From a virus (Duplodnaviria; Caudoviricetes), in the IMG/VR virus record IMGVR_UViG_3300020045_003434, positions 1 through 29,487 of that record: a stretch of 29,487 bases of DNA. One strand, written 5' to 3'. How positions within the stretch are numbered: the first letter of the stretch is position 1; each line of letters starts with the position of its first letter. Positions 26,643-29,487 of this stretch are shown piece by piece. Position numbers and translations under genes: made by a program. The notes beneath the pieces are model-generated. The model was not told the origin of the DNA and made no database searches. It saw nothing but the letters and a program-made list of their open reading frames with translations.

Positions 26643-27314
26643 TTAATTAAAATGATGTTGGAGTTTTTGTTTGATTATTTTTTGAATCGAAATTATATTT
26701 TGTTTCATACTATATTGAGTTACTCCAAATGTTTCATAGTATTCTTTTTGTTCTTTACCTTCTATATATAACCAGGTTGCCAAATGTTTATGTTCTTCAG
26801 ACATTCCATTTATTACTGAGTGGAGATTATCTAAAATTTCTTCATTATATACTTCAGATTCAGGAAAGTCTTCAATACCTTCACTTCTTTCATTTATTAA
26901 TTGTCTTCTTTGTTTATAATAGAATGGAGATGTACTAGATTTAAGTTGGAAGCTCATAGCATTAGTAATCCAATGTTCTATTTTACCATCTGCTAAAACT
27001 TTTAATTGATAATCTACTCCTTTTTCTAAGAATTCTTGAATAATGAATGGAAGTAAATCTTCTCCCCATAAATGATACCCTTTTCCACATACTTTTTTAC
27101 AGTTGATTATTAATTGATTATAATTTTCCCCTAACCATTTACTTATTTCAGGAATATTTTTAATTATTTTTTCAGGTCTTGAGGTAGTATTATTTTTAAT
27201 TATTTTTTTACAAGGTCTACAATATTGAGATAATTTATCTGATTTAGAATTATCTTTAGCATAGTGTTTTAATTCTTTATTTTCCTTGCATTTTAAACAT
27301 TGTTTTAATTCCAT
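26643..27314 (-). CDS. Sigma-70/ECF-like factor with an N-terminal CxxC...CxxC zinc finger (sigma A)
   Basis: KQCLKC...YAKD......LSQYCRPC, then EDLL..II.EFLEK...IEHWITNAM (region-2-like) and VINGMSEEHKHLATWLYIEGKEQKE....GVT....KQNI..IQKIIKQKL (region-4-like). Confidence 0.65.
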   Translation of the reverse strand: MELKQCLKCKENKELKHYAKDNSKSDKLSQYCRPCKKIIKNNTTSRPEKIIKNIPEISKWLGENYNQLIINCKKVCGKGYHLWGEDLLPFIIQEFLEKGVDYQLKVLADGKIEHWITNAMSFQLKSSTSPFYYKQRRQLINERSEGIEDFPESEVYNEEILDNLHSVINGMSEEHKHLATWLYIEGKEQKEYYETFGVTQYSMKQNIISIQKIIKQKLQHHFN

Positions 27315-27330
27315 CTTATAAATTTTATTA

Positions 27331-27361
27331 TAAATATATAAAAGAATTGTATTCCCTCAAA
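27331..27361 (-). promoter_or_regulatory. Host-type promoter upstream of sigma A
   Basis: Minus strand TTTG-N19-TATATTTA, 16 nt before the ATG. Confidence 0.6.
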
Positions 27362-27386
27362 ATGTTTATTTAATAAATAATCAATT

Positions 27387-27481
27387 GATTTAACGCGTAA
27401 TTAATTTCGAAGCGTATATTTGGGTGATTTATATTAGTTATGCGTTTAAATCGCCTTAAATAGCTGATTTACGCTATTATT
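27387..27481. repeat. Dispersed periodic repeat, inverted-pair form
   Basis: GATTTAACGCG ... TATATTTGGGTGATTTATA ... GCGTTTAAATCGCCTTAAATAGCTGATTTACGCTATTATT. Confidence 0.9.
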
Positions 27482-27833
27482 TAGGGTATCTCTTATCAAA
27501 GAATTCTTGGAGTTCTGAAATTTGCATCTTATTTGCCTTTTCTATTAATAAATCGTTCTGATAATTTAATTGATATATTTTCCATTCATTGTTTTGGATT
27601 TGTTTATCAATTAATAAAATTTTACCTTCTGAATTCTTTAATTCTTGACGAATTTTATTATTTATCCCAATTATTGAATCATTCTTTATTTGTAATTGTT
27701 CTATTTTATTCTGATTATTTTTGATTTCATCATCTATATTACCCTTAAATTTTGGATAAATTAAAATAAATAATAGAGTTATTATAATTAGAAAAAATAT
27801 AATTCTTTCCTTGGTAAAATAATATATATTCAT
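27477..27833 (-). CDS. Membrane-anchored coiled-coil protein (i-spanin-like)
   Basis: N-terminal TM segment IIFFLIIITLLFILIY followed by a long coiled coil; late-type motif upstream. The spanin role is inference. Confidence 0.55.
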   Translation of the reverse strand: MNIYYFTKERIIFFLIIITLLFILIYPKFKGNIDDEIKNNQNKIEQLQIKNDSIIGINNKIRQELKNSEGKILLIDKQIQNNEWKIYQLNYQNDLLIEKANKMQISELQEFFDKRYPK

Positions 27834-27919
27834 AATTTAATTTTTGGATGGAAAACAAGTAATTTGAGCGCTGAGAATATCATAATCATATATCTTATTA
27901 ATTATATAATTTTAGTGTA

Positions 27920-27943
27920 TTAAATCGCCTTATCTCGCTGAAT
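27920..27943 (+). repeat. Dispersed periodic repeat copy
   Basis: TTAAATCGCCTTATCTCGCTGAAT. Confidence 0.85.
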
Positions 27944-27949
27944 GTCGCC

Positions 27950-28345
27950 AATATAATATTGGGTTGAGTATATGGGAGTTATATATTATAAATTCTAATA
28001 ATTCTAATGTTTAAATATAAAGAAATATAGAGTTATCTCTTCGAGCCTGAATTATTTAATCTATCCCCTTTATTTAGCTGAATATATTATAATACTCAGG
28101 TTGGATGAAATAAGGAAATTTACCTTTATCTAATATTATAATTCAGCTAGGAGTTTTAACTTTTCTTTTTATCTAATATTTAACATGTTAATTCAGGTAA
28201 CATTTCGACATATTATTCATCCATCCACCCACCCTTATCATTTATCTATTTTTATTTAGTGATTTTTATTATTGGTTATTATTACCACGCGGTCTTAGCA
28301 GTATATACAGCCGCGGTCTTAGCAGGCCGTGCAGCCTGTATTTAA
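27950..28345. other. ORF-free region B, putative replication origin
   Basis: Upstream of the rep-like gene; nested inverted repeats, an AT-rich tract (28240-28284) and a GC-rich direct repeat. Confidence 0.5.
28288..28325. repeat. 14-bp direct repeat x2 (iteron-like)
   Basis: CGCGGTCTTAGCAG at 28288-28301 and 28312-28325. Confidence 0.85.
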
Positions 28346-28379
28346 ATTTATTAAAATAAATTAGAATCTATGAAAGTAT

Positions 28380-28409
28380 TTTGAGGTTTAATATTTTTTC
28401 GTATATTTA
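28380..28409 (+). promoter_or_regulatory. Host-type promoter of rep
   Basis: TTTG-N18-TATATTTA. Confidence 0.55.
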
Positions 28410-28436
28410 TACTCGCACATAAGATAATTAATGTGT

Positions 28437-28510
28437 CAGGTCCTGGAGGAGTAGCTACCTCCAGGTATGGGTCCTGTAAAACCCAATTAACTTCATAAAA
28501 ACCCAATTAA
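28437..28510 (+). promoter_or_regulatory. Structured 5' leader of rep
   Basis: CCTGGAGG-AGTAGCTA-CCTCCAGG perfect stem (28442-28465); AAAACCCAATTAA x2 (28478-28490, 28498-28510). Confidence 0.6.
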
Positions 28511-28511
28511 A

Positions 28512-29285
28512 ATGACTTCAAAAAAATTAGTTCAAAACACATTATCTAAAGATTCTTTTTTATTAGTAAATAAGAAAATATTAAAAGAATTAAAAAATGC
28601 AAACGCTGCTATAATATTATCATCATTAATCAGTAAATATAATTACTTCGAATCTAAAGGAGAATTACAAGATGATTATTTTTTCAATACTAAAGAAATG
28701 CTTATCGAAGAATTAGGATTATCTGAAGAAGTAATTCTAACTGCAGAAAAATTATTAGTTAAATTTAATTTAATTAGTACTAAATTACAAGGACTACCTA
28801 GAAAAAAATATTATTTAATTAATTGGGATAGAATATCAGAAATACTATCTGATAGTTATATAATTTTAAAACCTACTCCTACTAAAAAATATTTAGGTAC
28901 TAAGTATAAAGGAAAAACAAAAGCTACCAAATCAATACCAACTGAACCAATTATAGAATCAGCGATTATAACGCCTGAAATTATTGAAACACCGATTAAT
29001 ATTCAGGTTGAAGAGCCTATTATTAAATCGCCTGAAATCGCTGATTCTCAACCAATTAATAATCGAGAATTAAGTAAAGTAGAATCATCAGTATTAGAAT
29101 TAGAAAAATATAACTTAGAATCATTACTAATTGAAGCAGATTCAGTATCTACTAGAGATATGGGTAAAGAAATAGAAGATATTTACAAATTATTAGATTT
29201 AAACGAAAGACAATATACTCTAAATAGACAAAATAGAGAACGTGTTCAATTTATTAAGGATTTAATATCATTTCAAACATTATAA
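28512..29285 (+). CDS. Replication-initiator-like protein with an N-terminal winged-helix domain
   Basis: FLLVNKK.....NANAAIILS.LI.......DYFFNT..ML.EELGLS........LVK.NLI......LP.KKYY.IN, a phage replisome-organiser/Rep N-terminal pattern. Confidence 0.7.
   Translation: MTSKKLVQNTLSKDSFLLVNKKILKELKNANAAIILSSLISKYNYFESKGELQDDYFFNTKEMLIEELGLSEEVILTAEKLLVKFNLISTKLQGLPRKKYYLINWDRISEILSDSYIILKPTPTKKYLGTKYKGKTKATKSIPTEPIIESAIITPEIIETPINIQVEEPIIKSPEIADSQPINNRELSKVESSVLELEKYNLESLLIEADSVSTRDMGKEIEDIYKLLDLNERQYTLNRQNRERVQFIKDLISFQTL
28955..29048. repeat. Dispersed repeat as an inverted pair inside the rep CDS
   Basis: AGAATCAGCGATT (28955-28967) / AATCGCTGATTCT (29036-29048); TTAAATCGCCTGAAATCGCTGATT at 29023-29046. 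Confidence 0.8.
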
Positions 29286-29286
29286 T

Positions 29287-29487
29287 ATGGCCGTAGTTTA
29301 TATACACAGAAAAGTAAAAGACAATTCAATATTTTATATTGGATTTGGAACTTCTAAAAGTAGAGCATACACTTATGAAGGAAGAAATAAAGAATGGTAT
29401 GATATTATTAATAGTGAGCCATATTATGTTCAGATATTTAAAGAAAATATAGATAGAGAAGAAGCTTTAATCTTAGAAATAAAATTA
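29287..29487 (+). CDS. 5' part of GIY-YIG endonuclease (continues across the junction to 337)
   Basis: MAVVYIHRKVKDNSIFYIGFGTSKSRAY...; ATG 1 nt after the rep stop. Confidence 0.8.
   Translation, partial: MAVVYIHRKVKDNSIFYIGFGTSKSRAYTYEGRNKEWYDIINSEPYYVQIFKENIDREEALILEIKL
29367..29487. repeat. Terminal direct repeat copy 2
   Basis: Identical to 1-121. Confidence 0.95.

Noticed and set aside
672-27724. Short opposite-strand or alternate-frame ORFs in the track (672, 5148, 6639, 8143, 8733, 9253, 10850, 11084, 12259, 13517, 15927, 17293, 24099, 25252, 26033, 26729, 27533)
   Set aside because: They are shadows of longer, well-supported genes, with atypical composition and no motifs.
28288-28325. 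14-bp direct repeat as a CRISPR mini-array
   Set aside because: The repeat (14 nt) and spacer (10 nt) are far too short.
1586-29048. Dispersed repeat as a CRISPR or mini-CRISPR array
   Set aside because: The copies are scattered, degenerate and in both orientations, with no regular repeat-spacer spacing and no cas genes.

Overview
The window is very likely a complete, circularly assembled tailed phage genome of about 29,366 bp: bases 1-121 are identical to 29367-29487, and a GIY-YIG endonuclease ORF runs across the junction. It is very AT-rich. The lack of Shine-Dalgarno sequences, the AT-rich leaders and the TTTG...TAnnTTT(A/G) promoters point to a Bacteroidota (Flavobacteria-like) host, which is inference. 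Most of the minus strand is a virion module: TerS, TerL, a -1 frameshifted chaperone pair, tail proteins, tape measure, prohead protease/scaffold, major capsid, tail tube, portal, adaptor, two tail fibre/spike proteins and a holin. The genome also carries a replication-initiator-like gene, tRNA-Cys(GCA), two different sigma-70/ECF-like genes and several unannotated small ORFs. I recognise no integrase, polymerase, helicase or endolysin. The most striking signals are non-coding. (1) There are at least three sharply defined promoter-like motif classes: host-type TTTG-N18-20-nAnATTTA, TTCTC-N23-TATTTAT with invariant spacing in 5 copies, and TKGTTTTYA before late genes in 9 copies. Their placement suggests a two-sigma transcription cascade in a very small phage. 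(2) A dispersed, ~10-bp-periodic repeat (GCGTTAAATCGCCTTATTTCGCTGATT) occurs at about 9 loci, often as inverted pairs and once in-frame inside the rep gene. (3) Two ORF-free, structured regions on roughly opposite sides of the circle share collinear words. (4) A promoter-terminator unit with no ORF is a candidate sRNA.
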